The position numbers were made by a program, and so were the translations under genes. A stretch of 64,000 bases of DNA from NCBI GenBank assembly GCA_030141605.1, contig JAQGDQ010000001.1, positions 62,001-126,000 of the forward strand. Direction: 5' to 3'. How positions within the stretch are numbered: position 1 is the first letter of the stretch; each line of letters opens with the position of its first letter. The stretch is from Tubiluchus corallicola (taxonomy: Eukaryota; Animalia; Priapulida). This document shows positions 39,145 through 54,400 of the stretch, one piece after another. The notes beneath the pieces are model-generated. The model searched no databases. It was given only the letters and a program-made list of their open reading frames with translations, and was not told the origin of the DNA.

Positions 39145-41039
39145 AAATAATTAAATTTAAAATAAGATGGTCTGAAAAATTACCTTTTCGTCATTCAGTG
39201 GAAACTACATTCTCAGTTTTGCTATGCAGCAATCTTGACTCTTCATGTTTTATGTTTACTGATTTGCTATATATGTATATATATATATTGAACTTGCTAT
39301 GTGTTTACTTGACTCTTTCCTGACTATGAGTATTTAACCACGTTTGGGTGGCTGCATTTACTGTATAAGAATGTCAGTACCATCTTTATTTACTACATTA
39401 TTTAGCCAATGGAAGTAGTTTGTGAAAGGCAGTTAAATTTTCATTTTAGAGTTACTAATTGTATCAACCAGTGTTTTATTAATTGTGGCATACGACTAAG
39501 CCTGGTTAGTTTCCACGTAATACATTTTTTCGAACTCTGCTGCATAAAAATTGTAAATTATTCTTTTCTAAACAAATGCTAAAGGAATAGTTTAAAATGG
39601 ACAAATGTTACAACTTTTTTTAGCAGTTTTAATGTTAGCTCATCGTTGTCTTTCCTCTGTGAGTGAATAAAATGGTTGTTGCGTGTGCATCAAAACATGC
39701 AGATGGCAACTATACTTGCTAGCCTGTTTTGTAAACACTACAGTAGGACCCAACATTTTATCACACGAATCCGTAGTCAATATTGGTTATTAAAGAAAAA
39801 CCAGGCCTATTGTTAAACCATAGTTCAAAGTGATGTAACTTAGAAAATATTGATTTTTCAAAAATCACTTGCATGAAAGAATTATTACCATGGAAATTTA
39901 ATTTCTCACTTGCGCTGTTAGCTTTTGCTGTTACTTGCATTTCTCCATTTGCTAGTTAGTTGGACAACAGCGCCAGTGACTTGGAAACACAGTGCACAAA
40001 AATAGGTGCTGTATCTCTCAGTTCAATTCTGACAAGGCACACACTTGTGATGAAGTCAGATGTTGGCGCAATGATGAACTTGAAATTTAAATTTTAAACG
40101 TAAAATTTGTGGAGTTGGAGTAAATCATAGCTAGTGCTGTACAGTTTCACTATTTCAATTTTTGCTTTTGCAAGCATGTGCAACACGCTTGTGGCATGTT
40201 TGTGCCGTTTCAAAATTATGTTCTGTTGTGATGTCATAGCTTGCTGTTCTCTGTGCTCTCATTGCTTGCTGTTAATTAAATTTTAAGCTATTACTTAATT
40301 ACTGGAAACACTTTGGCATTTTTATAGGCACTAAAATGTATATTCTATAGCATACTTCAAAATGGGTATGATATGAAAAATCATCCAGTTTTCCTTTAAT
40401 TTTTATGATTAAAAAATGTCGTAAACAAGTTTATAATGTTTAAGAGTTTAATAAATACATAGTTCAATAAACTATGTATCAAAGGTAATGCAATATAGCC
40501 ATCAAGCAACGAAGTATAATGGAAATGGATGTCAAATTTTACAACTATGAAAATTGGCAAATACGTTTCATTAACATATAACTGAGAAGGAAGCTATCTA
40601 GCAGACAGTATTAAATAAGAAAGTGCACTATCTCGCACCTGAGAATATGCTTCATCTGGAAGTAGTCAATTATGTACAACATCAAACATACACTGTTTTG
40701 AGAACAAGCTTGGCATCGTAACACAACTGTACACATGTGATCATTAGTATGTAGTATGCGTTAAATCATGTATCACAGGATTCAAGCTTGTATACAAAAG
40801 TAAAACATATTTATTTCATGACAGCAAATACGACTTACAAATTTGAAAATGCACACGTGCGAGGATATTTTAGTTCATGATTTCCAGTACATGTAGAAAA
40901 TATGTGTGAATGGTGCCCTCTGACAGTGAAAAGCATGTACAATTACGTAACTTTCAACAAGATTAAGCGATGAATAACAATTATGCAACAGCTAGCAACT
41001 ACAATTATGTTTATAGTAACAACCATAACTTTCCATATA

Positions 41040-41962
41040 CATTATAATCTACCCGGTACTTATAATGAATTTCAAGGGACCATGAAAAATTGCTCTCTAT
41101 AAGCGAGTCTCGTTATAGCCGAAGTTAACTGTTTGTGCGTACGTAGACGATAGAAATGAACCTATAAGGTGGATATGATGCAACAATTGAGAGCATTTTC
41201 TTTTGAGACAGGCAATTGTTTCTTACATGACTGCCACTGTTTAGCAACTATTTTATCACGAAGGGGTAAAAGTATTTTATACAATAAATTTCTGCATAAA
41301 ACGGACTCGCGATTTGCTTTTTCAAACCTGCTGTGATTCATTGTGACATTTGCTGATAGCCGAGTGTATTTTGCATGGGTACTGTAATCATTTAAATGCC
41401 TGCACAAGATCCTGGACGTCTGGTGGGGGGAAAACATGGCTGTGCGGTCGCATAATAATTTATTATAATGAGCATTGCACAACTTTATTCAAGCAGCTAT
41501 CAAGTTTTGAAAGCACATCATGAGAACACGCCATCATCAGTTGTTGGTGATGACTTAAAAATTGTTGAAGTTTAGCAATAGTTCAACAGCGTCATTTAAT
41601 CTAACTTGTTGACAAACTGGTTTTTTGTGTCCAACTCATCATACCGACTTTCGTAGAGCAATACACATAGCTGCAGACTCACCAGTACATCTGCATGTGT
41701 TGTACCTGATACATATTTTATGCACCGTCCACAGTGATCTTTTTGCCCTTACTGAATGATAGTCCTTTGCCTATTGTTTTAAAACACTCGTTATATACAG
41801 GGGAAGTACAGTCACGAGGGTGGCTAATTTCCTTGTAATAAAAGCAAAAACTCATAATATCGGACCTTGTTGTAAGCAAAATAGATTTGGCGAGATTTTC
41901 AAATTTCCTCGTGATAATGATAACCAGACGCTCATTATAACAGTTATAAATGGATTATACTG
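41040..41962. mobile_element. Tc1/pogo (Tigger-like) non-autonomous element
   Basis: TA|CATTATAATCT ... GGATTATACTG|TA termini with ttataa/cgttata-rich subterminal motifs. Confidence 0.6.
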
Positions 41963-42063
41963 TAATGGGAAATAACCAGTATTGCACACACATGGACTAT
42001 CTACATTCTCGTGAAATATAACATATTTACTGATGCACATACATTCATCAGTCCATTCTGGTA

Positions 42064-43303
42064 TTACAAGTTTTGTACAAAACTGTTAGCAGCTTGATCT
42101 TCTGGTGTATCTAATGCTATCTGTTCAGAGTCCATGCTTTGCTTGAGCAAAGATATGGTATTTAATGATTTGCCATTTCCAATGGTCAGATATTGTAACT
42201 CTTCTTGATGGTTGATTGGACTGTTGTGAGTTTTTGTGTGACTTTTCAGTTGATACAATCGTGAGAACGACTTTCCACATACCTCACAACTGTAAGGCTT
42301 TTCCCCAGTGTGAATTCTTATGTGTTGATTGAGTTCTACGGACTGGCGGAATGCTCTTCCACAAGTCCCACATGTGTATGGCTTTTCACCAGTATGTTTC
42401 AAAAAATGTCGCTTTAAGTCCCACGATCTGCGAAATGCCTCATCACAAACTGTACAATGATAAGGTTTCTCCCCAGTATGAATTTTTTGATGATCTTTGA
42501 ATAAACTGGATCGTGCGAATGCTGCATCACATACTAAGCACCTGTATGGTCTCTCACCTGTAAATGAAATAAAATAACTACAAAGGCAGTTGCAGCCTTT
42601 TAGTGCGAGAACTGAATAGCAGTCTCGACGAGCCAATTCCTAACAATTTCAAATAAGTGGTAGGGATTATTAGGGATCCAGATTTGAATGCCTATTTAGA
42701 CTGTACAGTGACCAGCTAGTTTCGGGTCTATAACAAATTTAAAAGCCACATTAAAAGATCATGCTGTTTGAAATGTCTAGATCAAGTCGAATATTACTTA
42801 GTACGTGACCAAGTCTTATAAGATCACACATCATTAAAAACTTACAATAAAATGCATAAACATTAAATTTATAAAGGCATTAAAAAGGCAAAAGTTGAAC
42901 GCTCATTAGGATTTACATTGAGATATGAATAGCAAAGTAATAACTTGTAATTAAATCTTGTTGAAACTTAAATTGCTAAACCAGGTTCAGGAACAGTCTC
43001 ATTATTTGTCCCTTATCGGCCTAAACTTGGTGTATAATCACAGTTTTAACAGTTAAGTCCACTACCTCATTTATACACCACTTATTACTCACCTGTGTGC
43101 ATCCGAATATGTTGTTTCAAATGTGATGACTGTGTAAATGCAGAATCACACTGGTCACATGTATAAGGACGCTCACCACTGTGAACTCTTTGATGGCTTC
43201 GTAGTTTACTTTTCGTTATAAATGCTGCATTACACTCGTTGCACTGATGAGTCTTTTTAGTGCTCATAGCGGTGTTGTTGTTAGGTAACACCTCAACGCT
43301 CAT
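42064..43303 (-). CDS. C2H2 (Kruppel-type) zinc-finger protein with six fingers; 5' end uncertain
   Basis: Exons 43320-43093 (ATG at 43303, frame open back to the acceptor) and 42557-42064 are joined by a phase-1 GT-AG intron within HTG|ERPY. Six CxxC..HxxxH fingers with TGE(K/R)PY linkers. Upstream exon(s) not identified. Confidence 0.88.
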
Positions 43304-44339
43304 ACTAGCTTGTATAGTGACTGTGGAAAATAACACAAAATCTATCATTATGTAGTTCAAATCAAGTGGATCCTAATTTGTACTAATTCTCCATTGCCAC
43401 TGATTATGCTACATAAAATGAACACTGCACGCACATTACAACAAAAGTCCAAACCTCAGTAAAGTAAACTTGATTAAAACACATGACATAATTTTTTTAC
43501 TAAAGGAAGCACCTTTAATGAATCAATAACTTGTATAGGTTAGATTGTCATTTGAGTTATCCCAATTTATGGCTTTATTTAGTATGTGAATAGTTTTTAG
43601 CTTGGAATGGTTCAGCAATAATTAGACCATAATGAAGAGTGCCCATATTACAGTTTTTATCAGGTAGTTTTTATCACATTCTGATACCTTATCCAAAGAA
43701 ATAAGGACCTAGGTGGTAACTATCTATAAACGTTTCTCTCTCATATGCCTTTTGAAACTCAACTGATAAAGCAGTGATAGATGATGATGAAAGATGATTC
43801 CATGGTTGAACTACACTACCCAAAGTGCGATCTGATATTGGTTCTAGCTGGTTTCATAAATAACTTAGATTCATGACTACGAAGAACTCTGTGAGGCCTG
43901 AAAAAAGTCTGCCTCAGTCAGAACAGTATTTCCACTAATTATTTTGAAGCAGTTCACAAGGTTTACAGTTTCACACCTTTGTTCAAGAGTAGAAATTGAA
44001 GTGGGATCCAAATCAATAGCAAGACGAGTACATCAATCCTTTTTAGAGCATTCTTGAGAGTAGCGTACTAGGGTGACCATACAACGATGCATATTCCAGA
44101 ATGGGTCGAACAACAGTTTATAGAGAGAAACAATTACTGTTGCATTTCTCGATATCACACACTGCTTAATCATGCCAGTACAATGGTTTGCTTTTGTAAT
44201 GATAGGATTCACATAGGAATTCCATTTGAGGCATTAGAAATCATTACTTCCAAGTTTCTGATACAACTTTTTTCAGCTATTTGAGCATTATTTAAAAAGT
44301 AAGGTGAAATATAGGCTGCACTATCACTACATACAGTGT

Positions 44340-44862
44340 AACACTAATGTTAGAAAATTTTCTATTAAATACAATGGCCCTTACATATGGAATTCAATTG
44401 CTCCAGCTATTAAAAATGTCAACTCGCTTTCCATATTTAAAAAAATATATAAATTAAACTTACTCGAAACATATAACTGATGACTCAATCATGATTTGTT
44501 GTTTTCTTTTTCAAAAACTGTATAGTAAAATAAAATTTTTAATACTTCCCACCCGTATTTATATTTATATTTGTATATATTGTAATGTTGTATCTATGTT
44601 GTATATGTAATGTTGTATATTGTAATGTTGTATATTGTAATGTTGTATATTGTAATGTTGTAATGTTGTATATATTGCAATTTTTTTCGTAATTCTAGTG
44701 GCCTACCATAAGCTAGCTTCCTAGGTCTCTAGCGCAGTATACATGAATTTTATCATATTTTTGTATTAACAAAACCTGATGCACATGTAATGTAATGTGA
44801 TGTATATGTATATGTTTAATGCGAAATAAATCTATTAAAATCTAAAAAAATCTAAAAATCTA
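44340..44862 (+). mobile_element. 3' end of an L2/CR1-like LINE with tandem tail
   Basis: FSIKYNGPYIWNSIAPAIKNVNSLSIFKK then stop, AT-rich 3' UTR with (tattgtaatgttgta)n, AATAAA and (aaaatct)n tail. Confidence 0.65.
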
Positions 44863-45365
44863 GATTTAGGGTGTATTCTAAGTAAAGCACATTTACTGGG
44901 TTTAAGTGTCATCACCCATTTACTGCACCAGTCTAAAATTTCATCCAAGTCGTGTTGTAAAATATAACGATCAAGATCGTCTCAAATTGGACGAAAGGGC
45001 TTTAAATCATCAACAAATAATGGGATGTTCGTCCCTGGGGAAATACAATTGGTAATATCATTTATAAAAATAAGGAAGCAGTATGGGCCACTCAAGGTTC
45101 CTTGAGGGATATCACTTATAACGGGGCACCATTCAGTGGTTATACCGTTAAGAACAATACGTTGAAAACGATGAGTAGAAAGTAACTGAACCACTTAAGA
45201 AGCTTACCTCTTATACCAGAATACATTTTTGAAATCAAGATAAAGTACATCGATACCAGGCAAAGCAGGATCATCCAAGAAACAAGTCCACTGATAAAAA
45301 CACGATAACAGATTAGAGACAACTAAACGTAGAGGAAGAGAACCATGTTGGGACTTACATATTTG
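44863..45365 (-). mobile_element. CR1-type RT fragment
   Basis: QRIVLNG..WCPVISDIPQGTLSGPYCFLIFINDI..LFVDDLK, then LQHDLDEILDWCSKWVMTLKPSKC. Confidence 0.8.
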
Positions 45366-47339
45366 TTCAGTTTGAATAAGAAAGACTAGAATCTAATTGG
45401 GAGTTAGAACGGTATTTTACTGCTTCATCCTGATCATTGCTACATGCCAACAAACTTGTGATTGCCGGCAAAAACTTGATGGTTATTTAATTATTAAATT
45501 GGTGTTTTGATTGTTTGTATCGTTGCTTAAAATACAACAAAAAGTTATAGATGGCCATTGCTGATAAGTTTCAATGCATTACTCCATGTGAATACTCCCA
45601 GAATTTTTTACATGTTGAATAGGTATTGTTAGATAAACTAAATGTCTAGAAACAATTAGGTTTCATTTACCCACTTGTTTGAAGCTCAATTCTGTAAAAT
45701 CAACTATAAAATATCACAGTAACCAGATGACTAGAAAATCAACCAGACCTAAAATTGTTTTTGCAGTAAAGAGCAAAAGAGATTTTTAGTGTTCTTACAC
45801 ACAAGCCATACTCATTAAGTTTTTTAGTTAATTATCTAATACTAAATTATAATACTTAATTAATAGTGAGTTAATAGAAAAAAATTAAATTCCAGTTTGA
45901 CATTGAAAAATGGAAATTCCCCAAAATGTGTAACACTGGCGAAAATAATAACAACGCAACGAGACAAACAACATTGCTGGTCTAAGCTGACAAACTTTGA
46001 AATTGGAAAATGCAAGTAATAATAAATAGTTACTAACTAGCCAAACTCTACAAAAGAAACTATCTTCCAGTAAGGGACACTATTTTTAAACATGATTTAA
46101 CACAGCGCATGGCTTAAATACCTTACAGCACAATGGAGTTATTTAGTGGAATAGTGTGCCCAAGACAACCATTTCCTCTCCTTTAAAAATAGCTACCAAG
46201 CAATATAAGATATTTTTAATTAGTAAATATTCAATGGCGTAGAAGACCCAGAGGTTTTTTCTCTTTTTTATGCTCGTGTGTCTTTTTGCACTAGGTATCT
46301 TTACGACTTTTGTTACTTTATTAATAAAAGGTATAAATCAATTAAAATGAAATTATTCATTCATCGCAGCTTATATCTGTATCTGTTTCCACTTGGAAAA
46401 TAAGCACTTGAATGCTCTTAGCTTATAACCAGAGTATTTGCTTCATTAGTTGACCAATTAATTTATGTGAGAAAAGTATCATTATCATTCACATAGTATA
46501 ATCGAATATATTATTTTAGTTTTAATTTCGATTACGAATCATACTTTGCCAATGAATGCTCCGCTCCCTTCGTTATACATAATATTATATGCATATTATA
46601 GTATTGCGATTGTTCCTAATAGCCATATTTATAAAATAATTTGGTTATAACGACTTATAATATAACCTCTCTTTGCCCACATATAATCAACATTATTTTC
46701 CTCATGATACAAAAAATTTTGAATGTATTATTGTAGCATTAATTTTGCTAATGAATCACTTATATTCTTATAATTTGCCCCCCTCCCCATAGCCCATCTT
46801 TAATGGTTATGATGGCTAAATTACTACCATCAATTATATTTAAATGTTCTATACAATTATAGTTATTACTACAAGTATAATATATAATTTAATCTCTTCT
46901 CCCCCACTTAAATTTGGGTACATATATGTGTATATGTATATCATTGTAATACAAGTAAGTGGTGCATTAACACATACTCACATAATTCAAATTCGTAACT
47001 ATTTAAACTTTTTTTTCAGTCTTTAAGGCTCACTCAAAATCGTAATTACATATTATGTTTTCCTTTCTCAACTTTCAGGTTTATAGCTCTTATACCATTG
47101 CTATTATTACATCGTTTACTTCATACTTATTTACATTAAGTTATCTACAGAAGCCTGCATAATTATAATCATTTTTTCATTTAAGCAAGGTGACTGTGTT
47201 AATGACCGTATGGTCGTACACTCACCTCGCACTACTCAAATTATTTTATTTAAAATTTATTAATGTGTTTGATATTTTGAAGTGTGAAATAAAATTCATA
47301 GTTCATAGTGTTCTACTAGGGCAGCTTATGTAGGACACG

Positions 47340-47395
47340 TACTACTTGGGCTAGCCCATGTACCCCAATTGTCCTACTTCGGCTCTAGCCGCTCC
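47340..47395. repeat. Short dispersed repeat; related inverted copies at ~33800-33846 and ~36650-36688
   Basis: Reverse complement gccgaagtaggacaattggggtacatgggctagcccaagtag matches gccgaactaggacaataggcctacatgggctagc and agtaggatgcattgtacatgggctgcccaagtag. Confidence 0.6.
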
Positions 47396-50300
47396 CAACT
47401 ACTCCGATAGCCTACTCCGCACCTAACAGGGCTATCGAACCATTACCAGCACTACCCTCGGCCAATTCCTGATCTCTAGAAATAAGAGGTATAAGATTTG
47501 CAAAAATAGGCGAGAACGGCCATTTTTGGAAGTTTTTTAGTCCCCCGTTTCTCCCGGTGGCCCCAATTCAAAAAATAAGCACCTAATGTTGAACGACTGG
47601 GTCGAGACTTTTTGTCTGATGCATAGATCGCGGAAAATTATGCCGTCCTCGAATCTTATATAATACCGAAATTAATATAATTTTTATAGAAATATCCGCG
47701 AAGATACGAAAACCTCCGAAGTTACAGCATTTTGTAATAGTTCACCCATTTATCACGCACGTCGGACTATAAATAACGACCGTGGAAACAACCATGAAAA
47801 GTTGGAAACAAGTAAGACTAGAACGGTAGATTAAGCAGGCATAGATACGATAGGCCAAAAACTTACAGAAGACTGCTCCTGCCATCTGCAGAGCGTTAGG
47901 CGAAAAAAATAGAAGCCGTTTCCCATAGATAACCGTTCCATATGGCCCGTACTACCGATGGTTCATTTTGTTTGTGTATGACTCTATACCCATACGAATA
48001 AGTCATCAGCCAACAAAAAATAAAATAATGAATAAATTGAATAGAGTGCAAAACAAAGAGTAATTAACCGTGCAAAACAATGTGGCAGCCTCGTGCACAT
48101 CGAGCTTGCTTTATTGGAGACTTGAAGGGATCTAATCTGGTTGCAGCCAAAGTGAGATTCACAAGGTTTTCACGCTGAGTATAAGTATCAAGAATTGGAT
48201 AGAGAAACTACTGATTTAGCAATACTTTGATATCAGAAATTGTCTTGCGCTGTAGACATGAAAAGCTTATAATTACACGTTATGGTATGCAATGTAGCCC
48301 ACGTGTAATCAGCATTTTTCCAACTTGACGAGAGAATATTGTTAATGATATTATTATGATTCACATAGTTTGTTAATAATTCTAAACGATTTTTTCTTGG
48401 GACTTTAAGGCACTGTGATACACACGCATGCGTGCGCACACGCACGCACAAACACCCCCCCCCCTACACACACACACCCTGGCAGGCTAGCATCACAGCT
48501 ACAAATTACAAACACAGAAATGTGAACCCATACTTTAAAAGAGGTGCTTGACTGTTATAAAAGTCAACAAAGAACAGTACACATTTTGATTATTGAGCAT
48601 CTCAAAGGCATTAGGCAGGGTAACTGTTTCAAACTTTTTCAAAGCCTTATCAATACTGGCCTACTAAAGGCAGTAATAAGACTAATAATAGGAACATTAT
48701 TATTGTCGTTGTCGTTATCATTATTATTATTATTATTATTACTAGTGCTACTATTATTATTATAAAATTAATAATAATAAGAAGAAGAATTTACTGATCA
48801 TTAAAAGTTACATTAAAAATCATACAGAAAATAGTTGCGCAATCTAAATCAAAGATGGTGTAACTAAAACACTTTCATGATAAAAAAAAATCATTAAATT
48901 AAATTACATTTATGTCTAGAGGTGAACTGTGAACGTAACTACTTGTTGAACTTTGCATCTTTTGAATAATTGCGAGAGATAATTAATGGTCCACGTAACA
49001 ATAGAACAATACAAATTAGAATTTATAAATGGATAATGAATTAGTATAAATCAAAACACTCCCTAATAAAGCTAGTCAACATTAGGATCACATTTAAACA
49101 AGTCACCAATTGATGTGAAATCGAGTGTTGGATGTTTACTTCTTAACTCCGCGGTTTAGGTACAACAACAGAAAACATGTTCCTCGCTTTGAATCGAGGA
49201 GTTATCACAACTGACGTCAAGCATATTAATTCTGTGAATTAATTAATGCAGTGCAAATTCTGTAAAAAAAAACATCACTAGGCAACTGCTTTAATAAGCG
49301 TATTAATAGATGTATAAACAATAAAAAAATAGGAAACAACTGGATAGAGAATTTTGTCTCATTCAAAAGTTTTGACGAGGGACGATAGCCTAACAGGCCC
49401 TAACTAATTCTTCCAAAAGTTTTTGACGAGGGACGAACAACATAAATTATGTTGATCAGATGGGGTAAATTTAACGCTGATAGTTTTACAGCTGGTAATG
49501 GGATTCGTCGAAATAGTAATAGGTAAGCTGGTAAGGTGGCAAAATTCTTCACTGTTATTCAAATTCTATTTTAAAAATCAGCGGTGAACTTGCCAACTCG
49601 GTGTAGGTTTTCATATTGCGGAAGATTGCATTAATCATTTGGTGTATACTGATGGCATAATAACAGTCTTTTGGCAACAACCACGACAGGTTTGCAGAGA
49701 TTGGTAGATATTTTTAATAAATTTTCTAACAATTGTGATATTTTTGTAAATGTGGATAAAACTAAACTTGCCACGTTTCTCTCTACCCATTTGGAGCAGT
49801 TTACCTTTGACGTAACCGATCTAAGGTTTAAATAGTGCAACGTGGGCGAGATCTTTGTCTACGTGGGCAAGGGGCAGGCATCACTTCGCGCTTCCTGAAG
49901 AGAATGCTGCAACAGGGAACCCACTGAGCGAAATCTCCAGCCACTGCTACCATACTTAGCTATTGGAATGTCTAGTCTGCTTTGTTGACATCAGCGCCTT
50001 TGCCATTTTTTTCGCCTTCGCTAAGGTAACGAGAAATTCAGAAAATGGACCATTAAACCCTGTCGCGTTTTGTATCGAGATTTGTCTAATAATACTTTCC
50101 CTATCATGTTACATGGCTTATTAAATATGGTACTGTATATGGCAATATATATTGAATATTGTATATGGCAATACACCAGTTACTGAGCAATCATACTTTT
50201 GTATAACTGATATGATGATGTACATTGATAAATATTGTTTCTGGTATCGCTTCTGTACTCTATGGGCTTTGTATATTTCAATTTTAAGTGTTAACTATTG

Positions 50301-51493
50301 AATTACTTGTGTTTATTTATGTGTTATGAACAAGTACAAATGTGACAATTGCAGCTAGACTTATACAATGCTGTAAAGTAACTTTGTTTGAATTTTATAT
50401 GCTTCAGTTTCGATTAACAGTTTACTATAGATGAGTGTTTAGCTAGTATTATGAATAGGTACTGTAAGTACTGCCGGATGGGAAAGCCATACACCTGCCC
50501 TTCAACAAGTGCATAAGTTGGAAAGTAGGTTGTCGAACTATTTTATTTCGACGGCTTCATTCGGTACGTTTTTGCTATGACGTAAAGACGTTTGCTCTGT
50601 ACGTTTCACCTGGGGACTATGTAATTTGCTACAATTTGGCATTTAGCATTTTTAGAAGTGGGATTAGAGTTAAAGGACAGCAACATTTCCGGGCAGTCCA
50701 GATATTTTATGATGCATTTTGTGTACTATCGGAATTTACAGCCAAATGGATACTTGGGACAGTTTGCTTAATCCGTTATGGCATTACTACTGTTCACGTG
50801 GAAGGTTGGACTGAATATCATTGCATAAATTTACCTGACTATGCCTCGTATTTATTTTTCTTCCATATCTGGTAAACAACACTATGTCTAAGAAGTTTTG
50901 CAATAATTTGAAAGTTTGTTGTCCAAAGTTATAACATGATATAGGTTTGTTTTATTTAAAAATAGCTACACTCTAAAGATTAAGTATAGTCTTGTTGTCT
51001 GAGAGACCGTCTTTAGAAGTACTTTTAATTTAAACCAAAACGTAGTGCAGCACTCTGTTTGATTTTGAAAATATCTTTTGATCATCACAAATTTGTTCAT
51101 TAAATTTTGATCGTTTCTATACCAAGAATGCGTCTTTGGTGTGCGTTTTTTTTGCGGAATAAAAAATATTATGAATAATTCATACTTTGTTTGCTAAACA
51201 CAATAACAGCAACTCAAAGCCGACACTTAAGATCCCACTCGTGATTCAAGCCCACATCATTTGTCTGAAGGTACGGTCCGTAGAGGTGTGGGTGTGTGGG
51301 TGTGTGTGTATATGTGTATATGTGTATATATGTGTTGCATGGCTTTATCGGAATTAAAAAGATTTTCCTGGTATACAGCTCATTAAATTACTTTCACTAC
51401 ATGTATTATTATTCATTTTTCATGCATAGTACTCAGGTAGGTCAACTATTATACTTTTAATTTCCATGAATTTTAATAAGTCGAACTCAGAAT

Positions 51494-54400
51494 CTAAAGG
51501 TCGTTTATTATGCAATCGTCAGAATTGAACGTAAACACGTTAAGTTTCCCACATTTTCCCAAGTGATTGTTGGAGGCGTAAGGCGATATTCCTCCAGCAG
51601 ATCCAGTACAACTGATTTGATTCACGTCTTTTTCCCAGAATCCAATGGTCCCTCTCATTAACACACCCTGTTACAAAAGAAAATAATTTAATTCTCTAAT
51701 TCTCTAAATAAAATAATTCTCTAATAATTTAGCCTCATCGGTGATCGATTACTACACTTTTATTATGTATAATATGTACAAGTAATATTTTGGTTTATAC
51801 TACAACAAATGACAACAACAATGACAATAACTGTGACAGCGGTAGCTAGACAAAGGCTCTGAGTGGGACATCTACAAAGTAAACCACAAATGATACCGTA
51901 GCGGCCAAATAAGAAACTTTAAATTACCAGTTACTAGAATTAATAACAATTGCAAATACAAGAATCTCCTCTTTGTTCCGAGCTACCTATAGTGCGAAAG
52001 CACAGCTAACTCAAAAAGTCCTTTGGAAAGCAAGAGAGTAGCAGCGTACCACCTTTAATACGAGAAATATACACACAACACCTCAAACCCGACTTCTATC
52101 GTGACAAGTTAATTAATTGCTGAGTTTTGTCATTTAATTTTGTAATTGTAAAACCGGAAAACCCGTTCTGACTAATTTGCTACGATTGAAGATCCGAAGA
52201 TTTCAGTTAGCGAACTTAGTTGAGTGCTCATCAAACCTGGTGCGGCGAAGATAGTCTAAAGATAAAATTGTTAAGTTCGTACGCAGTGTTGCGGTATGTA
52301 ATATGTAGTACACCTTGGAATTACGGGCCTGGGCCAAACGCGCGAGCGATTCTAAACTAAAGACTTCGAATCATTTTACTTCGAATTTCTATTACGTCCG
52401 CCGCGTGTAGGCAGAGTGGCTGCATATAATTTTGTGATTCTGAGGTTTGTTGTCAGTTACCTGTCTGTTGGCAGATCTGGAGACATTGATCCTATTATTA
52501 AAAATAATCGAAATTCTGAACCAAAAACGCTAACCTAAGCGTATGGACTATCTGATAAATATACAATACCTAGCTGTAAGCATGGTCGGATTAGCACTTT
52601 GCGGGGCCCTATCTCAGCTGGGAGGTGCTACGATCCCTTCCCGCAATAATGTTCGGAAGTATAAGCCTGAAAGGCATTTCTGTTCTTTCATAACTTCATA
52701 ACTTCAACAAGTTATTGAAAATGTAGGGTGCATTAATTGTATGAGTGCAGGTACGGGCGCGGGGTCCTTCTAGAACGCCTGACCTAGTTGGCCTATTCAA
52801 TAATCCGCCTTTTAAAACACAAGAAAGCCCTCCACTTACATAAAGCTTAAAAATTCGTCTTGAAATTTTATAAAACTTAAACATTACCATTTTGCATGCA
52901 GGGCTTATGTCGACAGTAACGCTGTATAAAATTTGCGAATTTTGCGAAAACTCCCGCTGTGACCGTCAGGTGCAGCCATTTTAATGGTAGGTCGTTTGAA
53001 ACAAGTTTAGATATGTATTAATTGTATTGACATTGCGTGACGTTTGAAAAACATAATTAGCGCATTCGTAGAAGACACGTTACTATATAAGTAAAATTTT
53101 AAATTACTGTATCTTATCAATATGATCAAAAAAAAGTTTTTTGGTTAGTGAGTGGCTCACTCCGAGTGAATGATAGTTTACCAATTTGCATGAAAATTTT
53201 AAATTATTCTAGTAATATAAGTCTTTCAAGTAGACAAGCGAAATGCTATGTAATATAGATTTACGTGGATAGTTTTTTTGAGACATAATTTAACATCGTC
53301 TTTTCTTCCCTTGATTTACGTTTACGTAGCGACGTCATATAATGGCTCCCGCCGGAACAGTATTGCGTGACGTTTAAAATGAAGACAAGCAAAAATTCCC
53401 TTTAACGCGAGTATGATATATGCATAAAATTGCTGTAAAATAGCAACATTTTTAAGGCGAACTTTTTGAAACCTATTTCAGGTATCATTTTTCTTGTCCT
53501 TTAAGTACGCATCTTTATGCTGTTACCGTATAGGCCATTTACATAAACCAAAACTCTCCTGACTTCAATCTTTTAAATTCTAACCTTTACTTCAAACCAC
53601 CCATCTTCTGTTTTGCTACAGTCAATTTCTATTTCCAACATCCAGTAATGATCTCCGAATGAGTTCCAGATCTGGAAACCGTCGCTTAGGGGGTCATTTG
53701 TGGTCCACGCCAGTGGAGATCCAAGAGGATGTAAACCACTATAGCTGCCTACAAATATGTAAATAAAAACTGTAAACGTCTGTTGTACACATATACGGCC
53801 TAATTTTACTTCAGGTGCATAGTAAGCTTATAAAGCAGGATCGTTAAATACGTGAAAGCGCCAGCTTGTAGGAATCTATGCCCAATAAACATGTTTATAA
53901 TACTGGATTGCTTGTAATAATTTAATTTAAGCAATTTAATGCGTATGATTGATATCAACCAATACGCGTATACATGTAGACGTATATTGTACGTACACAG
54001 TTACTGTGAAGTAATTTAAAGTAGCGAGCGAGTTTTTTGATAGTTAACAAAATTTCAAGAGTTTATCAATTAGTTCAGTTAGAAAGCCGCTTATCATTTA
54101 TTCGCTTATCCTCTCATTGTTTGAGTGGATGAATGCTTTAGCTAAATGCGCCGCGTTAAGAATGTGTAGTGTAGATGAAAGATAGTTTGATGGTTTACAA
54201 ATGCGACTGCTACAATAGATGTGGTCGTAATTCAAAAAATGGATGGCTGAAATTTAGGGTTAGACCAGGGAGTTGCAAATTCAACAATGAATATAATCTA
54301 AACTATATACTGCTACTGCTACTACTACTGCTACTACAGCTACTACTGCTACTATCAGCTTTCACCCCCCCTCTCGGCCGCATTCTGATTGACTGATGTT

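Noticed and set aside
49835-49960. 7SK RNA gene near LARP7 (GGGCGAGATCT resembles the 7SK 5' stem)
   Set aside because: No second GATC pairing partner or recognisable 3' hairpin plus oligo-T; the resemblance is too short.
50205-50300. C/D box snoRNA (ATGATGA present)
   Set aside because: No suitably placed CTGA D box or terminal stem.
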